Below, in pieces: positions 49,763 to 57,668 of a stretch of DNA of 57,668 nucleotides (within the stretch, counting starts at the first letter, position 1; each line of letters begins with the position of its first letter). The DNA lies in contig CAMZKV010000007.1 of assembly GCA_947311445.1 (NCBI GenBank), positions 1 through 57,668 of the forward strand, written 5' to 3'. Below the pieces are notes generated by a model that saw nothing but the letters and a program-made list of their open reading frames with translations, was not told the DNA's origin and did not search any database. The position numbers were made by a program, and so were the translations under genes. Source of the stretch: an uncultured Chlorobiota bacterium (GTDB taxonomy: Bacteria; Bacteroidota; Bacteroidia; Bacteroidales; JAADGE01).

Positions 49763-50416
49763 ATGAAACCAAAGATTATACATACAGCAGATAAATCTCC
49801 AACACTTTATTTGGAAGAAATTGATGAACACTATCATTCAATAAATGGAGCTTTGCAGGAATCAATGCATGTTTTTATAAATGCAGGTTTACATAAAATT
49901 TCAAAAAAAAATATCAATATTTTGGAAATAGGTTTTGGAACAGGATTAAATGTTATTTTAACATATAACGAAATTAAAAATAGTAACAAGAAGGTATTTT
50001 ACAAAGGAATTGAAAAATATCCTCTAAAAAATGAAATTATTGAACAGTTACAAAAAGAAAATATTTTTAATTCTGAGGTTTTTTTAAAAATTCATAATTC
50101 AAATTGGGAAAAAGAAATAAATATTTCTGAAAACTTTGTTCTACAAAAACAAAAGATTGATTTAATTAATTTTCAAGCTACAAAAGAATACGATTTAATA
50201 TATTTTGACGCTTTTGCACCAAACAAACAACCAAAACTTTGGACAGATGAGATATTCTTAAAACTATATAAAGCAACAAAAAAAGATGGAGTTCTTGTAA
50301 CATATTCTGCAAAAGGAATTGTTAAACAAGCCCTTAGAAATGCCGGATTTGGAGTTAAAAGACTAAAAGGTCCTGCCGGAAAAAGACATATGGTTAGAGC
50401 TGTTAAATTAGTTTGA
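49763..50416 (+). CDS. mnmD: tRNA mnm5(s2)U34 methyltransferase, stand-alone MnmC methyltransferase domain
   Basis: EHYHS..GA.QES.HVFI, LEIGFGTGLN, YFDAFAP..QP.LW, TYSAKG, GP.GKR.M. Confidence 0.92.
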   Translation: MKPKIIHTADKSPTLYLEEIDEHYHSINGALQESMHVFINAGLHKISKKNINILEIGFGTGLNVILTYNEIKNSNKKVFYKGIEKYPLKNEIIEQLQKENIFNSEVFLKIHNSNWEKEINISENFVLQKQKIDLINFQATKEYDLIYFDAFAPNKQPKLWTDEIFLKLYKATKKDGVLVTYSAKGIVKQALRNAGFGVKRLKGPAGKRHMVRAVKLV

Positions 50417-50477
50417 TACCTATAGTTGATATTCTAAAAACCTATTATAGTATTCAGTGTTTTTCAAATTGAAACAA

Positions 50478-51062
50478 TCAATTTTTATCCAAAAAAGTTT
50501 TTGAAAATGCCTGCAAGTCAGGAAAAAATTCTTTAAAATCTTCGTAAAACAAATTGTAGTCTCTATTAATTATTGTCATCGCTTCATTAACTTTATCCGG
50601 CATTGAAGTATAAATTGCCATTTTTTCTAGAACTTCTTCAAAACAAGATAAATTTGCATAACAAATAAGCCGTTTCTTTCGCATAAAAGGAAATGCAAAA
50701 CGTCTTCCTTTTTTAGGAATTTTCCCCAATCTTTCTAGAACAAGGTAATGAAAATCAATCACATAGCTTTTTAAGTCTTCATTGCAATAATCTTTCCAGT
50801 TTTTTGCAAGAAAATGATCGTATAAAATATCTACTGCTACACCGGCATATTTTCCGTATGCAGGCTGCAAACGATGAATACTTCTTCTTACAACAGAATG
50901 TTTATCAGTATAACTGTCAATTTCTCTATGTAAAAGAATGCCTTTTTTAATATCATATGTATATCTGTTCCACTTCTTTCCTTTAACCCAATCTCCTATG
51001 AAATTTCCAAATTTAATATCGTCATTATCGCCGGATAGGTATATGTGTGCAAGAAAATTCAT
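50478..51062 (-). CDS. acpH: Acyl carrier protein phosphodiesterase
   Basis: MNFLAHIYLS, GNFIGDWVKG, LHREIDSYTD.H, DILYDHFLA. Confidence 0.92.
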   Translation of the reverse strand: MNFLAHIYLSGDNDDIKFGNFIGDWVKGKKWNRYTYDIKKGILLHREIDSYTDKHSVVRRSIHRLQPAYGKYAGVAVDILYDHFLAKNWKDYCNEDLKSYVIDFHYLVLERLGKIPKKGRRFAFPFMRKKRLICYANLSCFEEVLEKMAIYTSMPDKVNEAMTIINRDYNLFYEDFKEFFPDLQAFSKTFLDKN

Positions 51063-51064
51063 AT

Positions 51065-52723
51065 TTATCTATTCACAATAAATTTCTTGTTGATTGAATG
51101 TGTGTTTGAAATAATTTTTAAAAAATACATTCCAGATGCAAAATTGTATGAATTAAAGGAAATTGTTTGTTTGCCGGAACTAATATTTCCGTTAAAAACA
51201 GTTTTTACAAGTTTGCCTGTTATGTTGAAAACTTCCATTTTAATTTTTTTTTCTTTTTCAAAATTAAAAGTAACATTATAATTATCTTTAACAATTGTTG
51301 GAAATAAATTTATAATAGAATTTTCAAGCTCGTCAATACCAACTGTAGGGTCAAATATATTTATTCCAAAGTTTGTAGTACTGCCTCCAATTCTTTGGTT
51401 TCCTAAAACTAAAACTAATTTTGATAAAGTATATGTGCTAGGTTGAGTAAAAATCATTTCTAAATCACCATCATCTGGAATTATTTCTTTAATACTTCCG
51501 TTTTCGTAGGCCAACAAGTGGAGTATTGAGTTTTCTTCATTGTCAGAAGTAACTTCTATCTTTATTTGTGAAAAATCAAGAGGAAGTCTATAATAAACAG
51601 CAGCACAGTCATTTATGTTTTTTGTTGTGTTTATTGGTAAGTTTGGGAAAATAATTTGTCCAAATAAAGGCAAAGTTAAATTCTCATAACCATATATTCC
51701 GGTTTCAAATTCAGTATCATCTAGAAAATTTGCAATTGTCCAATTATTGAAAATTTCAGTAAAAGTTAATGGAATGCTGTTGTTTAGAAGAACTGTATTT
51801 ATTCCTTCTGTTCCATTTTGAGTATTAGCAATAATATCTCTTATAAAACTTGCCCCATATTGTTCCGATAGGTATGTAAAAAACAACATAGTTTGGACAT
51901 AGTCCGAGAAAGTTTGATCCCAAACTATTAAATTGTTGTTTGGATTTGACGAAAAGTCAACGATAGGATCTGGTTGTCCGTATAAAACCATTGCAAGCTC
52001 TGCACAGCCTTCATCAACCCAAGAATCTTCATTTGTATCATATCCCCAATGAATTAAATGAACTAATTCGTGAGATAAAACTGATAATGTTGTTGATGCT
52101 GTCGGATTTACAGGGTCACAGCTCATATATAACATTTCACATTCATTACTGTGTGCAGGTCCTTCGGGAGGTAGAACATTTTGAGCCTCAGCTTCTGTCA
52201 TTTGATTAAAAGAAGAAAAATATCCATCAAAAACACTTCCTCCAAAACTTCCTAATCCTGAAAAGAAAAATATAACTTTTGGGTCATTATCTAATTCATC
52301 TGGAATTATACCAAAATATGTTGTATCCATTTCAATAATTCCATACTCTGAAGAATTTAATGTTTCTTCTTCAAGTCTAAATAAAATTTCATCAACATCA
52401 GTTTGATTCATATTTACATTCCACTGATTGTCAGCAACAAATATATAAGAAAGCTCACCTACAGCCCGGCAAGTGGATGGCTCTTGAATCCAAGTTGGTG
52501 GCATAACTGATAAATCCCATCTCCAAAATGTTTTTGTATCTCCAACAACATAAGAATTTGTGTTTTTATTATTTCTAATTTCTAAATGATTTTCTTTATC
52601 GGCATATAATCTGTAAGCGTTTTTTCCTATATTTATATGTTTTTGCAAAGAATTGCTTTTTTGCTGTGCTTGTACACTTAACATAATTGTTATCGAAACA
52701 ATTATTAGAATTGATTTTTTCAT
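51065..52723 (-). CDS. T9SS-secreted zinc metallopeptidase (M30/hyicolysin-like) with type A C-terminal domain
   Basis: Signal peptide, DGYF, LSHELVHLIH (HExxH), WVDEGCAE; C-terminal LFP...FNITGKLV...ASGMYFLKI...KKF. Confidence 0.8.
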   Translation of the reverse strand: MKKSILIIVSITIMLSVQAQQKSNSLQKHINIGKNAYRLYADKENHLEIRNNKNTNSYVVGDTKTFWRWDLSVMPPTWIQEPSTCRAVGELSYIFVADNQWNVNMNQTDVDEILFRLEEETLNSSEYGIIEMDTTYFGIIPDELDNDPKVIFFFSGLGSFGGSVFDGYFSSFNQMTEAEAQNVLPPEGPAHSNECEMLYMSCDPVNPTASTTLSVLSHELVHLIHWGYDTNEDSWVDEGCAELAMVLYGQPDPIVDFSSNPNNNLIVWDQTFSDYVQTMLFFTYLSEQYGASFIRDIIANTQNGTEGINTVLLNNSIPLTFTEIFNNWTIANFLDDTEFETGIYGYENLTLPLFGQIIFPNLPINTTKNINDCAAVYYRLPLDFSQIKIEVTSDNEENSILHLLAYENGSIKEIIPDDGDLEMIFTQPSTYTLSKLVLVLGNQRIGGSTTNFGINIFDPTVGIDELENSIINLFPTIVKDNYNVTFNFEKEKKIKMEVFNITGKLVKTVFNGNISSGKQTISFNSYNFASGMYFLKIISNTHSINKKFIVNR

Positions 52724-52747
52724 AAAAATTAGCTTAAATGTGAATAT

Positions 52748-54265
52748 CTATATTAAAATTTTTCCCGTCATTTCCTTTGGAATTTCCATTCCCATAATTT
52801 TCAGTAGGGTAGGAGCAACATCTGCAAGAATACCGTTCTTTATTTCTGAATAATCTTCATCAACCAAAATACATGGTACAGGATTTAAAGAATGTGCAGT
52901 ATTTGGAGAACCATCATCATTAACTGCATAGTCGGCATTTCCATGGTCAGCAATAATCATAACAGAATAACCGTTTTCTTTGGCAGTTTCTACAACATTT
53001 TTAACATTTTCATCAATAGCTTTAACAGCTTTTAATATTGCTTTAACAATTCCTGTATGTCCAACCATATCTCCGTTTGCAAAATTCAAGCAAATGAAAT
53101 CATGTTCTTGTTTTTTTAGTTCGCCAACAAGTTTTTCGGCAACTAAGTATGCACTCATTTCGGGTTGCAAATCATAAGTTGCTACTTTTGGCGAAGGAAC
53201 TAATATTCTTTTTTCTCCCTGAAATTCAGTATCTTGCCCTCCCGAGAAAAAAAATGTTACATGAGCAAATTTTTCAGTTTCTGCAATTCTTAATTGTTTC
53301 TTACCGGATTTTGCCAATAATTCGCCAATTGTGTTTTTTACATTTTCTTTATTGAAAATTATATTAACGTTTTTAAAATTTTCATCATATCTTGTCATTG
53401 TAAGATAATGCAAATCAAAAGTATTAATATTATATTCCGGCATACTTTTTTGTGTTAAAACAGTTGTTATTTGTCTTAACCTATCAGTTCTAAAATTAAA
53501 ACAAATTACTACATCTTCGTCTTTAATTATTCCAATAGGTTTTTTATTTTCATCAACAAAAACTACCGGATTTATAAATTCATCCGTAAAACCTTCTTCA
53601 TAAGATTTTGAAATAGCATCAATTACATTTGTATAGTTTTTTCCAATACCGGCAGTCATTAGATCATAACCTTTTTTTATTCTGTCCCATCGTTTATCTC
53701 TGTCCATTGTATAATATCTTCCAATAAGACTTGCTATTTGTCCATTAGAATTTTTTAAATGATTTATCAGCTCTTGTAAATACCCTTTACCACTGTGTGG
53801 GTCAGTATCTCTTCCATCAGTAATTGCATGGATAAATACATCTTTCAATCCGTAATCTTTTGTTATATCACATAGTTTATAAAGATGTTTTTGCGAAGAA
53901 TGTACTCCTCCATCAGAAATTAGTCCTAAAAAATGAACAGCCTTATTATTTTCTTTTGCATATTGTAATGCCTTTGTTAGAACAGGATTATTCGAAATTG
54001 AATTGTCTTCAACAGCTTTGTTTATTTTTACTAAATCTTGAAAAACCACTCTTCCCGCACCAATATTTAGGTGTCCTACTTCGGAGTTGCCCATTTGTCC
54101 TTTCGGTAAACCTACATTTTCTCCGTCTGTAAGTAATTGAGAATTAGGATATTTGTTTTTTAAACTATCAATGTAAGGTGTGTTTCCTTGACTTATAATA
54201 TCTGATTTTGTTTTATTTCCAATACCCCAACCATCGAGTATCATAAGTAATACTTTTTTGCTCAT
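52748..54265 (-). CDS. gpmI: 2,3-bisphosphoglycerate-independent phosphoglycerate mutase
   Basis: [43 protein letters not shown]. Confidence 0.99.
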   Translation of the reverse strand: MSKKVLLMILDGWGIGNKTKSDIISQGNTPYIDSLKNKYPNSQLLTDGENVGLPKGQMGNSEVGHLNIGAGRVVFQDLVKINKAVEDNSISNNPVLTKALQYAKENNKAVHFLGLISDGGVHSSQKHLYKLCDITKDYGLKDVFIHAITDGRDTDPHSGKGYLQELINHLKNSNGQIASLIGRYYTMDRDKRWDRIKKGYDLMTAGIGKNYTNVIDAISKSYEEGFTDEFINPVVFVDENKKPIGIIKDEDVVICFNFRTDRLRQITTVLTQKSMPEYNINTFDLHYLTMTRYDENFKNVNIIFNKENVKNTIGELLAKSGKKQLRIAETEKFAHVTFFFSGGQDTEFQGEKRILVPSPKVATYDLQPEMSAYLVAEKLVGELKKQEHDFICLNFANGDMVGHTGIVKAILKAVKAIDENVKNVVETAKENGYSVMIIADHGNADYAVNDDGSPNTAHSLNPVPCILVDEDYSEIKNGILADVAPTLLKIMGMEIPKEMTGKILI

Positions 54266-54330
54266 TTTTCTTTTTTTTAACTATTCTCTCATTATTTTAA
54301 CAATCTCCTATATTCATCTTATAATTTCAA

Positions 54331-54795
54331 CTAAGGATAAAAATCTTCTTTTAATTTTGTAAATTTTGAAATTTCAATATATTTTCTTTTCCCTTTATAT
54401 GTGTATGATAAAAGTGCTTCTCCTTCATATTTATAAGGAAGTTCATGTTTTTCAATAAGGCATTTTTCCTTTTCTACATACGGAAGAGGTTTTCTTACAA
54501 TTCTATCTGTTACTAAAATTGAAATTGTATCTCCTTTACTGAAAATATTATTTCTAATATCTTTCCCTTTTTGAAATGTTGAAACACCAAAATACTTCTC
54601 TCCAATCCAAATTCTATCAAATACTAACTTGTCAGAATTAACTTTTGGAACAATAGTAATGTCATAGTTTGTGCCGTATCCTGCTTGAGGAATTCCACCT
54701 GTCCATTTTTTAGAAGTTGCATCAATTATTTCAAATTTATTGAAACACATTATTGAAGATATCGAAAGTAAAGTTATTATTGATAATATTTTCAT
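54331..54795 (-). CDS. Hypothetical exported protein (possible lipoprotein)
   Basis: Signal peptide with Cys; KWTGG...GTNY motif; 154 aa. Confidence 0.65.
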   Translation of the reverse strand: MKILSIITLLSISSIMCFNKFEIIDATSKKWTGGIPQAGYGTNYDITIVPKVNSDKLVFDRIWIGEKYFGVSTFQKGKDIRNNIFSKGDTISILVTDRIVRKPLPYVEKEKCLIEKHELPYKYEGEALLSYTYKGKRKYIEISKFTKLKEDFYP

Positions 54796-54856
54796 AGGAT
54801 CATATTTTTAATTATTTAAAAGACAAATTTAGCTATTTTACAAGAATACTTATCAA

Positions 54857-55459
54857 TTAATCAAATTTTATTTTGATTTGTTTGTCAAGAAGACGAAAAG
54901 TTTTTCTGTGATATTTTGTTATACCGCATTTAATAATCCCTTCGCGATGTTTTTTTGTAGGATACCCTTTGTTTTTATTCCAATCGTATTCGGGGAATTT
55001 TTTATGGAGATCAAACATATAATCATCACGAAATGTTTTAGCAAGTATTGATGCTGCTGCAATTGACATATATTTTTCATCACCTTTTATAATACAAGTA
55101 TGTGGAATACTTTTATAAGGTTTAAATCTGTTACCATCAATAAGAATATGTTCAGGTTTTATATCTAATTTGTCAAGAGCAAGTTGCATTGCTTTTATTG
55201 ATGCATTCAAAATATTAATTTTATCAATTTCAAGATTGTCAACACTGGCAACTGCCCAAGAAATACTGTCATTAATAATTTGCTCTCTTAAAAAACTTCT
55301 GTTTTTTTTTGAAAGTTTTTTAGAATCGTCTAAAAGAATATTTTTATAATTTTCAGGAAAAATAACTGCAGCAGCAAAAACCGGTCCTGCAAGACAACCT
55401 CTACCGGCTTCGTCGCAACCAGCTTCAATGAGCTTAATATTTAGATGAGACTTTAGCAA
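54857..55459 (-). CDS. rnhB: Ribonuclease HII
   Basis: GCDEAGRGCLAGPV, DSKKL, LIDGN, KGD...SIAAASILAK, NKGYPT. Confidence 0.98.
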   Translation of the reverse strand: MLKSHLNIKLIEAGCDEAGRGCLAGPVFAAAVIFPENYKNILLDDSKKLSKKNRSFLREQIINDSISWAVASVDNLEIDKINILNASIKAMQLALDKLDIKPEHILIDGNRFKPYKSIPHTCIIKGDEKYMSIAAASILAKTFRDDYMFDLHKKFPEYDWNKNKGYPTKKHREGIIKCGITKYHRKTFRLLDKQIKIKFD

Positions 55460-55461
55460 AA

Positions 55462-56190
55462 TTAAATGACTAGATTAAAAGAACCATTTTTAATCTTTTC
55501 TAAACCATCTTTTGAAGCAAATTGCTCTGCTGTTTTTTTAGAAAATGCTTTTCCTTTTCCGATAACTTTATCTGAAATTTTTAATTCGCAAAGAAATTCT
55601 TTTGAATTTTCAGAAACTGCATTAGTGCAAAAATCAATATTAATTTTATGTTTCTGAGACCATTCAATTATTTTACTTTTAAAATTAGTGTCTATATATT
55701 TTAGTTTGTTCAAATCGATATGTTCAACCATAATTTTTTGAAAAACAAAGCGTTTGGCATATTTAAAACCTCTATCTATATATATTGCACCAATAAGTGC
55801 TTCAAAAGCGTCTTCATAAATACGTTCTGAAAGATTCTTTTCAGACTTTACTAACATTAATTTATTAATGTTTAATTTATGAGAAAGTTCAGCTAATTTT
55901 TTACCGTTAACAATTTTTGTTCTCATTTGAGTTAAGAAACCCTCATCTGCTGTTGGGAATCTTTTGTAAAGCAAATCACTGATAACAGCATCTAAAATGG
56001 CATCGCCAAGGTATTCTAACCTCTCATTGTTTAAAGAAGAATCTTCAAGACAATCATTTAAATCAGAAGATTTATGAGTAAAAGCAAGAATATAAAGATT
56101 TATATCTTTAGGTTTAAAACCTAAAAGATTTTTTAAAGATCTTTTGTATTTTGCATTAATGCAAGGATTTTTTTTTGAAAAACGAGTCAA
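55462..56190 (-). CDS. rnc: Ribonuclease III
   Basis: NERLEYLGDA, DAFEALIGAIYID, dsRBD with KKTAEQ. Confidence 0.97.
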   Translation of the reverse strand: MTRFSKKNPCINAKYKRSLKNLLGFKPKDINLYILAFTHKSSDLNDCLEDSSLNNERLEYLGDAILDAVISDLLYKRFPTADEGFLTQMRTKIVNGKKLAELSHKLNINKLMLVKSEKNLSERIYEDAFEALIGAIYIDRGFKYAKRFVFQKIMVEHIDLNKLKYIDTNFKSKIIEWSQKHKINIDFCTNAVSENSKEFLCELKISDKVIGKGKAFSKKTAEQFASKDGLEKIKNGSFNLVI

Positions 56191-56199
56191 AATATTCTC

Positions 56200-57450
56200 T
56201 TATTCAAATTTTTTAAAAATTAAAGAAGCATTATGGCCTCCAAAACCAAAAGTATTGCTTAATGCTGCTCTTACATTTCTTTTTTTAGGCTTATTAAAAG
56301 TAAAATCAAGTTTTGAATCAATTAAAGGTTCTAATTCAAAATGATTAATTGTTGGAGGAATATTTCCTGTTTTTATTGCCATAATTGAAGCAAGTGCTTC
56401 CATTGCTCCTGTTGCCCCAAGTAAATGTCCTGTCATAGACTTTGTTGAACTTATACTTAATTTATAGGCATGTTCACCAAAAACATTAACAACAGCCTTT
56501 GTTTCTGCAATATCTCCTAAGCCGGTTGAAGTACCATGTAGGTTAACATAATCAATATCTTCAGGTTTTAATTCGGCATCTTCAATTGCAACTTTCATTA
56601 CCATTGTTGCACCTCTGCCCTCTGGATGAGGAGCTGTAATATGGTGTGCATCAGCTGTCATACCTCCACCTGCAAATTCTGCATATATTTTAGCACCACG
56701 TTTTTTTGCGTGTTCGTATTCTTCAAGAATTAAAGCAGCACCACCATCTCCAATTACAAATCCATCTCTGCCTGCATCAAAAGGTCTTGATGCTGTTTTT
56801 GGATTATCATTTCTAGTTGAAAGTGCTCTCATAGAATTAAAACCTCCTACTCCGGCTTCTGTAACGGCATGTTCAGAGCCTCCTGCAATAAAAATATCTG
56901 CTTTGCCTAATCTAATAAGATTGTATGCATCAATTAGTGCATGCGATGAAGATGCACAAGCAGAAACTGTTGCATAATTAGGACCTCTAAACTGATATTT
57001 TATTGAAATATGCCCGGCAGCAATATCTGCTATCATTTTAGGAATAAAAAATGGGTTAAATCTTGGGGTAAAATCATTTTGAGTGTAATCTACAATTTCA
57101 TCTCTAAAAGTTTGTAATCCCCCAATTCCAGATGCCCAAATAACACCAGCTCTATCTAAATTAATTTTATCTAAATTAAAACCTGCATCGGCTACTGCTT
57201 CATCAGCAGCAATCATGGCAAACTGCGTGAATTTATCCATTTTTCGTGCAACTGGTTTTTTAAAATATTTAAGGGGGTCGTAATTTTTAACCTCACAAGC
57301 AAATTGTGTTTTAAATTTACTTGCATCAAAATGAGTAATTGGTCCTGCACCACTAACTCCATCAAGCATATTGTCCCAAGTTTCTTTGAGATTATGTCCG
57401 AGAGCGTTAATTGTTCCCAAACCAGTTACAACAACTCGTTTTAATTCCAT
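56200..57450 (-). CDS. fabF: Beta-ketoacyl-ACP synthase II
   Basis: RVVVTGLG, SACASS, HGTST, KSMTGHLLGA, NTFGFGGHN. Confidence 0.98.
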   Translation of the reverse strand: MELKRVVVTGLGTINALGHNLKETWDNMLDGVSGAGPITHFDASKFKTQFACEVKNYDPLKYFKKPVARKMDKFTQFAMIAADEAVADAGFNLDKINLDRAGVIWASGIGGLQTFRDEIVDYTQNDFTPRFNPFFIPKMIADIAAGHISIKYQFRGPNYATVSACASSSHALIDAYNLIRLGKADIFIAGGSEHAVTEAGVGGFNSMRALSTRNDNPKTASRPFDAGRDGFVIGDGGAALILEEYEHAKKRGAKIYAEFAGGGMTADAHHITAPHPEGRGATMVMKVAIEDAELKPEDIDYVNLHGTSTGLGDIAETKAVVNVFGEHAYKLSISSTKSMTGHLLGATGAMEALASIMAIKTGNIPPTINHFELEPLIDSKLDFTFNKPKKRNVRAALSNTFGFGGHNASLIFKKFE

Positions 57451-57483
57451 ATTTGTTTGTCTTTTTTAATTAAAAAAAGAGAA

Positions 57484-57514
57484 TGAGGATTATATTTTTA
57501 TAATATAACCCTCA
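57484..57514 (-). terminator. Hairpin between acpP and fabF (partial terminator or processing site)
   Basis: Minus strand TGAGGGTTATATT-loop-AATATAATCCTCA followed by TTCTCTTTTTT. Confidence 0.7.
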
Positions 57515-57522
57515 GAAAAAAT

Positions 57523-57668
57523 TTATTTTGAATTCTCTTCGATGTAACTTACAGCGTCACCTACCGTAGCAATTGTTTCTGCTTTGTCATCCGGAATTGC
57601 AATATTGAATTCTTTTTCAAATTCCATGATTAACTCAACAGTATCTAAAGAATCTGCACCTAAATCAT
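57523..57668 (-). CDS. acpP: Acyl carrier protein, 5' end outside the window
   Basis: Manual translation [47 protein letters not shown]. Confidence 0.97.
   Translation of the reverse strand, partial: DLGADSLDTVELIMEFEKEFNIAIPDDKAETIATVGDAVSYIEENSK

Overview
This is a very AT-rich chromosomal segment from a Bacteroidota bacterium, probably an anaerobic Bacteroidales/Marinilabiliales-type organism. The assignment rests on TAnnTTTG -7 promoter elements before many genes, no Shine-Dalgarno sequences, a short Bacteroidota-type primary sigma factor and T9SS C-terminal domains. Content is mostly housekeeping: two convergent tRNA-Arg genes, leuS, rpoD, maeB, a 4-subunit 2-oxoacid:ferredoxin oxidoreductase, rpmH (missed by the ORF track), mqnE, mreD-mrdA-rodA, pdxJ, sucD, groL, priA, mnmD, gpmI, rnhB, rnc, fabF and partial acpP. 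I saw no transposase, integrase, prophage, rRNA or CRISPR array. The best candidates for a second look are: (1) a dispersed Sia-type partner-switch set (three SiaC paralogues, one SiaB, one membrane PAS-PAS-PP2C phosphatase) with no diguanylate cyclase in the window; (2) a five-gene ECF sigma envelope operon whose anti-sigma-like and beta-barrel ORFs are separated by one in-frame TAA; (3) an unannotated promoter-hairpin-small ORF unit at 43.8-44.0 kb; (4) 7-8 nt tandem repeats abutting start codons; (5) a (TA)8 tract in an ArnT-like gene; (6) a sigma54-like promoter on a groEL that lacks groES. All product calls come from motif recognition by eye, not from database searches.
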